Part shown: positions 9,629 to 18,162 of the stretch, one piece after another
Layout of the letters: each line of letters opens with the position of its first letter
Position numbering within the stretch: the stretch's first letter is position 1
Assembly (NCBI RefSeq): GCF_964204865.1
Contig: NW_027556749.1
Location: 1-64,000 of the forward strand
Direction of reading: 5' to 3'
Length of the DNA: 64,000 nucleotides
Source: Styela clava
Lineage: Eukaryota
The notes under the pieces: generated by a model
Told to the model about the DNA's origin: nothing
The model's database searches: none
Seen by the model: only the letters and a program-made list of their open reading frames with translations
Position numbers and translations under genes: made by a program

Positions 9629-10268
9629 AAAATTTTGAGATTTAAATAAAATATTGGCGAAAATTGGCAATGTCGAAAATGTTACTGTAAGCCCTAAACT
9701 TGACGGAGTTGGGGCTTACTATGATAAAACATCTAACAGTTTAGTTATATGTCGATCCTCGGCTAGAGTGACAACATTTTCTATAAAAAAAGATGATAGA
9801 GTTGAAGGCTTTGGCGAATTAGTTTTAAATAAAGAGTTTGGAAATCGGCGTGATGTTGTAGGTCTTATTAATAGAAAGTTTTATGATAAACGCCACGACT
9901 TGTTAGAATTTATTAACTACAAAAGAGTTGAAAAAATAATTAAATTGAAAGATTTGAAAAAGTATATTGAACAACAGAAAAATATTGATTTTTACACTGA
10001 TGGTGTGATTATTGAACGTAAATATGCGTTTAAATTCGAAGGACCTAAAAGTTGTGGAACAATAGATAAAATAACAAAACAAATTGGCAAAAAAACGGGC
10101 AAAATTTCTTATATTGCTTGATTAAAACAAAGTATTAAATTGAATGAAATTACTGTCAAGAAAGTTAATTTGTCAACTAATAAAAGTAAATATAAAGTGG
10201 GTGACCATGTCGTTATTGAATTAAAAGGACAAACGGTTCCTATCATAATAAAAAAGGAGAATATATAA
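9609..10268 (+). CDS. Minimal NAD-dependent (LigA-family) DNA ligase-like protein (219 aa)
   Basis: KLDG, GE, NRRDVVG, TDGVII, AFK, IGKKTG and VGDHV..KGQTVP motifs. Confidence 0.8.
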
Positions 10269-10269
10269 T

Positions 10270-10893
10270 ATGAATAAATTTATAGTAGTTGAAGGTATTG
10301 ATTATTCAGGTAAATCAACCTACATAGAAAAATTGAAAAAAAAATATAAGAAAGAAGGAAAAAGTGTTTATGTGACGCGAGAGCCACGAGGAATTAGTTT
10401 TGGCGAATTATTAGCTAAAGAAGTCTTTTTTAATGACAACCTCAAAATTAGTTCGATCACAAAAGCAATTTTGTTTATTAGTGTCGGTTGAGAATTATAT
10501 AATAAAGTATTGGCTAAAAAGTTTAAGAAGTATGATATTGTGATTTGTGATAGGTATATATTTAGTACGTTTGCTTATCAAGTATTTGGAGGTGATAAAA
10601 CAATTAATCAAAATCAATTATTGACAATGTACACTTACGCGATGCCAAAAAATTATTTACCTCACGAAGTACACTGAGTAGATTGTTCGACTGCCGAAAT
10701 TTTAAGACGAGTAAAAATTAGATTACCAGCTAATAATTACGACGCAAAATGTTTAAAGAAAAGTTATGTTAATAAGATTAGAAAAGCCTACAAAGAAACT
10801 TTTGAGTTTTTTACGTATAACACTATCTATTTTAAAAAACGTATCGAATGAAACGTTATTGTGTTTGAAAAGGATGACAAAATTAATGAATAA
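10270..10893 (+). CDS. tmk: Thymidylate kinase
   Basis: FIVVEGIDYSGKST, TREP, ICDRY...AYQ. Confidence 0.93.
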
Positions 10894-11461
10894 TATTTTT
10901 AAGAGTTTGGCGCAAATGCGCGATTTGAATATGTATGAAACAGATGAGTTGAAATTGATGCCTATCAATGAGGCAAAAAAATTAAACAAAACTATTATTG
11001 TTTTAAATTACAAATTATTTTATAATGACAAAAAAGCTTATGCTGTCGTTTTGAAGAACACGAACAAGTTTAAATATTTTGAAAGTAACAGTTGGGGCGA
11101 AAAAAAATTTTTTGCTAAAAAAACCTTTGTAAAGAACAATAATTTAAAAATCAAGTTTAATTGTCTTGACGGTGATTATGGATTTGTAGCGATTGACACG
11201 GTGGGTTCGAAAGCCCACTTTGTTAATTGAAATGAAATTTTAGATAGTCAAGTCCATAAAAAACAAATATATAAAATTAGATTTAGTATTAACTATAATT
11301 TTTCAATAGATTTTTTAAACGATTCTTGACGAAAATTTCGAGCAACACATTCTAATCTATATTTTAAAAATTTTAGAAACGAAGTTGATAGATATATAAT
11401 AAATTTAAAGTTTGTAAGAACATTTATAAATAACATAAAAGGAGTAAAAGAAGATGTTTAA
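10886..11461 (+). CDS. Hypothetical protein
   Basis: Code-4 ORF overlapping the tmk stop; start uncertain. Confidence 0.7.
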
Positions 11462-11840
11462 AAATAATAAAGAAAATAATGATTTAGGGGTATATAGTGA
11501 TGATATTGATATTATGTTAGAAGTTGCCAATGAAGTATTTTGTAGAACAGTATCGTTAAGTTGAAGTACATGACAAAAAGTTCATGGTTATCAGAGTGCT
11601 ACCTTAGTAAAACATTCATCAAAAATGAATACGTCTAAATTGTTAAATACTCGACGAACTATTTTGACATGTAAAGCAATTTGATCACTATCGAAAAATA
11701 TTTTAAAATTGGAAGATAATGATAAAAATAGAATAAAATGTTATAGAGAAGGGTTACGTTTTTATGTTACAGTGTGACCACCTACTATGTCATGATATCG
11801 AGAATTTAAAGGATTTTTAAAGAAATGAAAAAAAAAATAG
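11454..11840 (+). CDS. Hypothetical protein
   Basis: AAGGAG RBS; code-4 ORF. Confidence 0.7.
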
Positions 11841-12367
11841 ATATATTATATAATAAGTATGTTGAAACAAAAGACAAAAAAATTCTAAATAGAATCAAAT
11901 ATGAGATGATGGATATAGCAAAAAAAACATGTAAAGTTGTTTCACATATAAAAACAAAAGGTTATAGTGATCCAAAAACAATGTACAGTTTCTGTTTTGA
12001 ACGGTTTGATAAAATAATAAACGATTATGAACCTACACATAAAACAACGTTGAGTACATATACTGCTATTTGTCTTTGAAATTATTTAAGAAGTAGACAA
12101 TATCATAAAAGTTTAGACATTACAAAATCTAGAATTTATACAACACGATCATTAGATACTTTTAATAATGACAAATTAAAGTTAGATTTAAAGAGTATTT
12201 TAGGCGATACTTTTGATTATAAATTAATATGTGACTATATTGGACTCAATGGAAAGAAATTAAAAAATAAAGAATTAGCTAAAATATATAATAAACCTTT
12301 AGGTTCTATAAAAACAAGACTACGAACTATTGAAAAGGAACTTAGAAAATATTTTAAAAATAATTAA
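11825..12367 (+). CDS. Sigma-70 family RNA polymerase sigma factor (180 aa)
   Basis: Region 2-like FDKIINDYEPTHKTTLSTYTAICLWNYLR; region 4 HTH KNKELAKIYNKPLGSIKTRLRTIEKELR. Confidence 0.82.
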
Positions 12368-12402
12368 ATCTTTTTTAGTGTTTTTGTACATATATATATA
12401 TG
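12354..12402 (+). promoter_or_regulatory. 49-bp element, putative phage-sigma promoter for the tRNA array
   Basis: Perfect inverted copy at 46113-46161, upstream of the late operon. Confidence 0.7.
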
Positions 12403-12609
12403 GAGGGTCTCAAAAAACCTCTAGTCCTAAATACATAAAATTTAAGAGTAACAAACTCCGCCTTGTTACTAAATTAACTTTTTGACTTTAAACTGTTAGA
12501 CACGGGTGCGTCTTTAACCACACTACAGTTTGAAAAGGTACTATAACCTTTTAGTCAAGTCGTGACTTAAACCGACTTAACTACCTCTGTTAACGCGGAG
12601 GTGGTTTTT
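12403..12609 (+). ncRNA. Structured leader RNA ending in a terminator-like hairpin
   Basis: Several stems including a 3-way junction; AACTACCTCTGT/GCGGAGGTGGTT plus T run directly before tRNA-Ala. Confidence 0.55.
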
Positions 12610-12685
12610 GGGCCTGTAGCTCAATAGGGAGAGCATTTGGTTTGCAATCAAAAGGCAGTCAGTTCGAATCTGGCCAGGTCCACCA
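12610..12685 (+). tRNA. tRNA-Ala(UGC)
   Basis: Cloverleaf, G3:U70, encoded CCA. Confidence 0.95.
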
Positions 12686-12689
12686 TAAT

Positions 12690-12766
12690 AGAGTGTTAGC
12701 TCAGCAAGTAAGAGCGCCTGTATTACAAGCAGGAGGTCAGTGGTTCAAGCCCACTACACTCTACCA
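12690..12766 (+). tRNA. tRNA-Val(UAC)
   Basis: Cloverleaf, loop AT-TAC-AA, CCA. Confidence 0.93.
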
Positions 12767-12772
12767 TTTTTT

Positions 12773-12849
12773 GCTGGTTTAGCTTAATTTGGCAAAGCAC
12801 CCGTCTTGTAAACGGACGAGTAAAGGTTCGAGGCCTTTAACCAGCACCA
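12773..12849 (+). tRNA. tRNA-Thr(UGU)
   Basis: Cloverleaf, loop CT-TGT-AA, CCA. Confidence 0.93.
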
Positions 12850-12852
12850 TAT

Positions 12853-12928
12853 AGAGCTATAGCTTAGTGGTTACAGCGCACGCCCTATAAGCGTGAGATC
12901 TTGGGTTCGATCCCCAATAGCTCTACCA
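12853..12928 (+). tRNA. tRNA-Ile(UAU)
   Basis: Stem CACGC/GCGTG, loop CC-TAT-AA, CCA. Confidence 0.9.
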
Positions 12929-12931
12929 TTT

Positions 12932-13007
12932 GGATCTGTGGTGTAATGGATAACATGCCTCTCTGTCTAAGAGAAGATAGCGAGTTCGATTCTCGTCAGG
13001 TCCGCCA
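12932..13007 (+). tRNA. tRNA-Asp(GUC)
   Basis: Loop CT-GTC-TA, G73, CCA. Confidence 0.92.
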
Positions 13008-13008
13008 C

Positions 13009-13094
13009 GGAGGAGTAGCGAAGTGGTTAAACGCGTCTGACTGTAAATCAGATTCTTTTTAGATACGGGAGTTCGAATCTCTTTTCCTCCACCA
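13009..13094 (+). tRNA. tRNA-Tyr(GUA)
   Basis: Loop CT-GTA-AA, long variable arm, CCA. Confidence 0.94.
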
Positions 13095-13098
13095 TTAT

Positions 13099-13174
13099 CG
13101 GAAAGTAGCTTAGATGGAAAAGCACTCGGTTTGGGTCCGAGAGATCATAGGTTCAAATCCTCTCTTTCCGACCA
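13099..13174 (+). tRNA. tRNA-Pro(UGG)
   Basis: C1:G72, loop TT-TGG-GT, CCA. Confidence 0.94.
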
Positions 13175-13178
13175 TTTT

Positions 13179-13269
13179 GGAGCGATACCCAAGCTGGTTT
13201 AAGGGGACTCATTGCTAATGAGTTAGGTTAGTTTCTGACGCATGGGTTCGAATCCCATTTGCTCCGCCA
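13179..13269 (+). tRNA. tRNA-Ser(GCU)
   Basis: Loop TT-GCT-AA, long variable arm, G73, CCA. Confidence 0.94.
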
Positions 13270-13270
13270 C

Positions 13271-13347
13271 GCCCGATTAGCTCAGTTGGTTAGAGCGATT
13301 GCCCGTTAAGCAAGAGGTCACAAGTTCGAATCCTGTATTGGGCGCCA
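13271..13347 (+). tRNA. tRNA-Asn(GUU)
   Basis: Loop CC-GTT-AA, G73, CCA. Confidence 0.92.
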
Positions 13348-13348
13348 C

Positions 13349-13424
13349 GCCTTGTTAACTCAAACGGTAGAGTAGTTGCCTTTTAAGCAAACGGTTAAAG
13401 GTTCGAGTCCTTTACGAGGCACCA
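13349..13424 (+). tRNA. tRNA-Lys(UUU)
   Basis: Loop CT-TTT-AA, CCA. Confidence 0.93.
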
Positions 13425-13429
13425 TTTTT

Positions 13430-13506
13430 GCCCACGTAGCTCAATTGATCAGAGTAAGGGTGTTCTAAGCCCTAGGTTGAAGGTTTGAATCCTTCCGTGG
13501 GTACCA
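13430..13506 (+). tRNA. tRNA-Arg(UCU)
   Basis: Loop GT-TCT-AA, CCA. Confidence 0.92.
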
Positions 13507-13516
13507 TTTTATTTAT

Positions 13517-13635
13517 CTGGTCCAAAAATCCAAGGACCAGCTCTACAGACTCAAGGCTAGTCAAAGGTAGCACTATATTAGTGTAAGCCTAGTTTGCCAC
13601 CACTGTCTCTACAGACCATTTTGACATGTGGTAAA
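13517..13635 (+). ncRNA. Unassigned structured RNA inside the tRNA array
   Basis: Several stems, a possible pseudoknot and a 10-nt direct repeat CTCTACAGAC. Confidence 0.45.
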
Positions 13636-13641
13636 CGTTTC

Positions 13642-13715
13642 GCAGATGTAGTTTAGTGGTAGAACCTCAGATTTCCAATCTGATTGCGGGAGTTCAATTC
13701 TCCCCATCTGCTCCA
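13642..13715 (+). tRNA. tRNA-Gly(UCC)
   Basis: Loop TT-TCC-AA, U73, CCA. Confidence 0.94.
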
Positions 13716-13825
13716 ATATTTCAATGTCATTTTTGACATTTTCAGGAACAACGACGTCTATAACGTCAGATTCCAAATGTGCCGAGCATCACAATTTAAA
13801 CTGCTCATTATTTGAGGTGATCAAA

Positions 13826-14122
13826 ATGAAAACGATATGCGTCAAAAGAAACATGACTCAAAGTGAAAAACTTTTAGTTTTAAGACAGAAGAGGCTAGTT
13901 TTAATATCACAAATAAAACACGTCAAACTTCTTTTTTTCTTATGTTTGTTTGTAATAATCATACCTTACTATTTATATGTAAAGTGTTATCGAAACGTGA
14001 AAATTATAAACAAAATAAAAAAAATTAATACTAAAATAGTAGAGCGAGGTGGGTACGAAACTAGCGTACAAAAATTATATAATCCTCATACTACGAAAAT
14101 CCCTTGAAAAAGTCATAGTTAA
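13826..14122 (+). CDS. Single-TM membrane protein
   Basis: GAGGTG RBS; LLFFLCLFVIIIPYYLYV. Confidence 0.65.
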
Positions 14123-14217
14123 ATAATAATATTACTATGGACAGAGAAAAAAAGAAAAAGAAGATTGAAGACGAAAATGATATCGCTGATGTTGTTATTG
14201 TTTCAGTTTTTATATAA

Positions 14218-14517
14218 ATGACAAATGAAGAAAAACGAATGTATGATTGATACATTTGATCAGTTTCAACAATGATACAAAAAAATATGATTGATTTAAG
14301 AACTCTAAAAAATCAAGTAAAAGAGTTAAGATATATGTTAATGGCTGATTTTGAAGGACCACCTCCACATTGAGAGTCTGAATATGTGAATCCACGATAT
14401 TTCACAATCTTAGAAATTGTAAAAAAGAAAGAAGAGGCTATGCAGTATGGTGTTGATAATTACGACAAAATAAAACAAGGTAAAAAAATGAAAGAAAAAT
14501 GAGATGACAACAGATAA
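14218..14517 (+). CDS. Small paralog-family protein
   Basis: Contains EAMQYGVDNYDKIK near the C-terminus. Confidence 0.75.
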
Positions 14518-14541
14518 GATTACATCTTAGGAGAAAAAAAT

Positions 14542-14856
14542 ATGTTATATAGAATAGAAAAATATGATATGATTCATAGAGATTGAGCAAAACACGCAAC
14601 ATCACAAATATATAATGATTATGTTAAATATTGTGAAATATTAATAGAAAAAGATGACTTACAATTAGAAGATCTTAAAGAATCATTAGATTTAGTTAAA
14701 TACTCTATATTGAATTTGACAGAAACAATTTTAAAATGTATAAAAGAAGGGCAATCAATTATGCCACACAACAGTCTTTTAGAACATAAAATTGAAATTA
14801 AAACAGCTTTAGAATATTGTATTAAAAATTTTAATAATATTAAGGAGGTTTGATAA
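14542..14856 (+). CDS. Small paralog-family protein
   Basis: AGGAG RBS; TALEYCIKNFNNIK. Confidence 0.8.
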
Positions 14857-14858
14857 TA

Positions 14859-15062
14859 ATGTTGACAGATGCGCAAGCTAAAGAAGACATGAAGTTTTTA
14901 ACAGAAAAAGGAAAAGTGGAGTTACTCACCATTAAACATTGAGTAGAAGAAAAAGATTTTAAGTTAAAAAAATTGTTACAATTATCACTTAGAGTTGAAG
15001 AAACAAATAAAGCAATAAAATATTGTATTAAAAATTATAATAAAATAAAGGAGAAAAAATAA
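14859..15062 (+). CDS. Small paralog-family protein
   Basis: GGAGG RBS; KAIKYCIKNYNKIK. Confidence 0.75.
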
Positions 15063-15715
15063 TGAAAACAACAAATGAAAAATTAATAGGAACTATAATG
15101 ACATTACTAATAGAAGAAGATGGGCTAAGTTGAACTAAACAGTTAACAGACAAACAAATTGATTTAATCAAAAAATATATACCACAATATGATCCAAAAA
15201 AAATATACAAACAATTTGATACTTTTGTATATAAAGATGTAGTTTGTGTTGTAGAAACATATGATCTAGGTTATATGTGAGCGTATCCTTTACTAAAGAA
15301 TAGCGCTGAAAAATATAGTAGCGCAGGTGATGGAACATTAATTAAACTTTATGATGAGTATGATTCAACATTACCAAAACCTTTTAACAAACTAGATGCT
15401 AATTTAAATTTGGAATATATGAATTCGATTTATAACTGAATTGGAGATGGCGCACCTGAATCTTTAAAATTTAAATATATTAACACAAAAAAAACATTTA
15501 AAAAGTTAGATACTATACATGAAAGTCATAAAATTTTAGGTGTGGCATTTAGTAAAGTAATCGACGTTTATTTGAAACCAATTTTAGAACGTATTGAAAA
15601 ACTTGAAAAAAAAGTAGAAGATTTACCAACACGTGCCGTAATTGGAGACTGCTTATATCCAATAGGTAAACGTATTGAAAAACTCGAAGACAAGGTTAAG
15701 AATAATGACAAATAA
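15062..15715 (+). CDS. Stand-alone copy of the giant fibre's repeat domain A plus coiled coil (217 aa)
   Basis: WTKQLTDKQIDLI...YPLLKN...LPKPFNKLDANLNLEYMNSIYNWI aligns with repeats in 34950..43406. Confidence 0.85.
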
Positions 15716-15974
15716 TGATATATATAAAAAATTTATCAAACATGTTTCAGTATTAGTGATAAATAATTTAATTAATTTAGAAAATTTAAAAGATATGTTG
15801 ACTATAACAAAAAATGAAATATTAGAACGTTCAGAAGAAATTATTAAAAAGATGTACCGCAGAGAATGAGGAGAAATAACTTTCAACGAAGAAATACAAT
15901 TAGAATGTATTATGATTAAAAAAGCATTGGAACATTGTATCAAAAATTTCGATAAAATCAAAGGAGAAAAATAA
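15705..15974 (+). CDS. Small paralog-family protein
   Basis: KALEHCIKNFDKIK. Confidence 0.8.
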
Positions 15975-16342
15975 TGATTAGAGATTGAGAATGAGAATAT
16001 AGCGAAAGAGAAAAATATTTAGAAAAAAATAGAAGATTTGTATTATCAAGTAATGATAGATTTTATAATAGTAACGATGAATCAGATTATAGAATTATAG
16101 AAGACTTGATAATATATGAAATATATAATAAACATATGACTATTAAAGATCTTAAAAAATTATTTTATGAATATAGCACGCGAGAGTTTGAAGAAAAAAG
16201 AAACCATTTTAAAAAATTTCAAATTACATCATTAGAAAGTGTACGACAAATAGGTATAATTACTCGACATTGTGAAGCTATGAAGAATTTATTAAGTTTT
16301 CATATTATTAAACAAGAAGAAAAAAAGGAGAAAAAAGAATAA
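15974..16342 (+). CDS. Hypothetical protein (possible divergent family member)
   Basis: AAGGAG RBS; TAATG coupling. Confidence 0.75.
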
Positions 16343-16647
16343 TGTATTACGACCCAGAAACAGATGTAACAACATCACCAAATATTGATCGTGAAGATTC
16401 ACCATGAAAAATAGAATTAGAAAGATTTTATAATGAAAATAAAGAATTAAAAGAAAAAAATAAAGAATTAGAAGAAAAAAATGAAGATTTGAAGTTTGAG
16501 ATGTACTGTATGAAAATGAACAGATGTCCAAATATAATACGCCATTATAGATATTATAGTCGTTGTTGTAAGGATACTTGTTTTAGTTTACGAAAAGATC
16601 CTCATTTTAAACGATATTATAAATGTCGTTGCTGAACGGTCAACTAA
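16342..16647 (+). CDS. Coiled-coil, Cys-rich hypothetical protein
   Basis: AAGGAG RBS; heptads then several Cys. Confidence 0.7.
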
Positions 16648-16648
16648 A

Positions 16649-17248
16649 ATGTTAGATTTCAGAGGACAAAATTTATACAACTTAGGGCCAATTTTTTTAG
16701 TTACTGGCCCTATGTTTGCCGGAAAAACGGCTTGAGTACAAAGAAAATTAATTGAATGAGAGTGTGAAGACGCACCTATTTTTCAACGTGAAGATACTAT
16801 TAGAAAAGAAAGACAGATTGAAAATGTGATTCCATATAAAAATAACGTTGATTTAAAATCGAAATTAGACGAAGTTCTTAATAAAATTTTAAATAAAAAG
16901 TTACCCCAAATCATCGTTTTTGAAGAATGTCATTTCTTGCCTCTTGAATTCTTTAACGATATTGACAAATTAATCAGCTGAGGTATTGTATTGTTATTTT
17001 GTGGTCTTAGATTACTTAATAATGATGTACGCCGTTTCATGATGAAAACATTAGAAGGAAAAGCAGATTTTATTGTCAATTTAGAAGGTACTGATTTTTG
17101 CTCATCATGTGAAGATATGCCAGATTACTCTTTGTCATATCGAAAATCAACTAAATCAACAAGCTATGTTGGTGGATCAGACACTTACCAAGCATTATGC
17201 ATGAAATGTTTCATAAAAAAAGAAAAATATAAGGAGAAAAATATATAA
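16649..17248 (+). CDS. tdk: Thymidine kinase
   Basis: GPMFAGKT, FEECHF, CSSC, VGGSDTYQALCMKCF. Confidence 0.9.
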
Positions 17249-17250
17249 AA

Positions 17251-18162
17251 ATGAATATGAACGAAAATAATAATATCGAACAAAATAACGCACTAAAAAA
17301 TATCGAGTATTATATGTGACAAAATATTTTTAAAGGTGCTTATACTGGAGTTTCATTACTCTCAATACCAAAAGTTTTTGATTTCGATTTTAAAAAAATG
17401 TATCAAGACAAACCAAAAAAAGGTAAAAAAGAAAAGGATTCAGATTTTAACAATAGAAAAGTACAAGTTACAAATTACAATCAAGTTGTAAAAAGTTATA
17501 TTAGTACTCACGAAAAAATAATTAAAGATTTTAAAGTATCATTGAAAACATTAAATCCACTAATTTTGACTGAAATCTTAAAAAAAATAAATGATGGAAT
17601 TGTGTCTTGATATACAATTAATAAATTAGATTTCAAAGTAACAATTAACGACTTACCTCGTTTGTATGGAATAACTTATGATAAAGAAAATTTCTTAAAA
17701 ATCATGGGTGAATTATTTAATAAAGATATCAAATATAGTATTAATGAAGAAAAAATTGATATTGAACTTTCAAATGAGTATAAAATTCCAACAAATGAAA
17801 AAATGACATGAATTAAAAAAAAAGTAACAATTTCAAAAAAAGACTTTGATAATTTAGTTCAAGGACCTTCTCACATAAATTTTATTCACAATCTTTTTGA
17901 AGTGTTTAAAGGAGTTGTGTTATTTGACATTATAATTAGCGCAAAACCTCATTTAACAACAGCTGAAAAAATTAGTGACGATTTAGAAATTGACTACATT
18001 TTTGAAATTATTGGAGCACAAACAAGTAAAAAAATTAATGAAAATAGAATTTTGATGGCTGAATATAAATATACACAAGCACAATCAACAATTCATAAAA
18101 TGGACAAATTAGTAGCTAAGAAAAAAGAATTAGAAAAAAAAAATAAGGAGAACAAAAAATAA
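17251..18162 (+). CDS. Hypothetical protein in the recombination/replication cluster
   Basis: Joins track ORFs 17398 and 17902 in frame. Confidence 0.75.

Noticed and set aside
12403-13825. T-box, hammerhead, theta/HDV-like ribozyme or tmRNA in the tRNA region
   Set aside because: I could not find GGTGGNACC, CTGANGA plus GAAA, an HDV L3/P1.1 pattern or tmRNA ends by eye; covariance-model searches are still needed.
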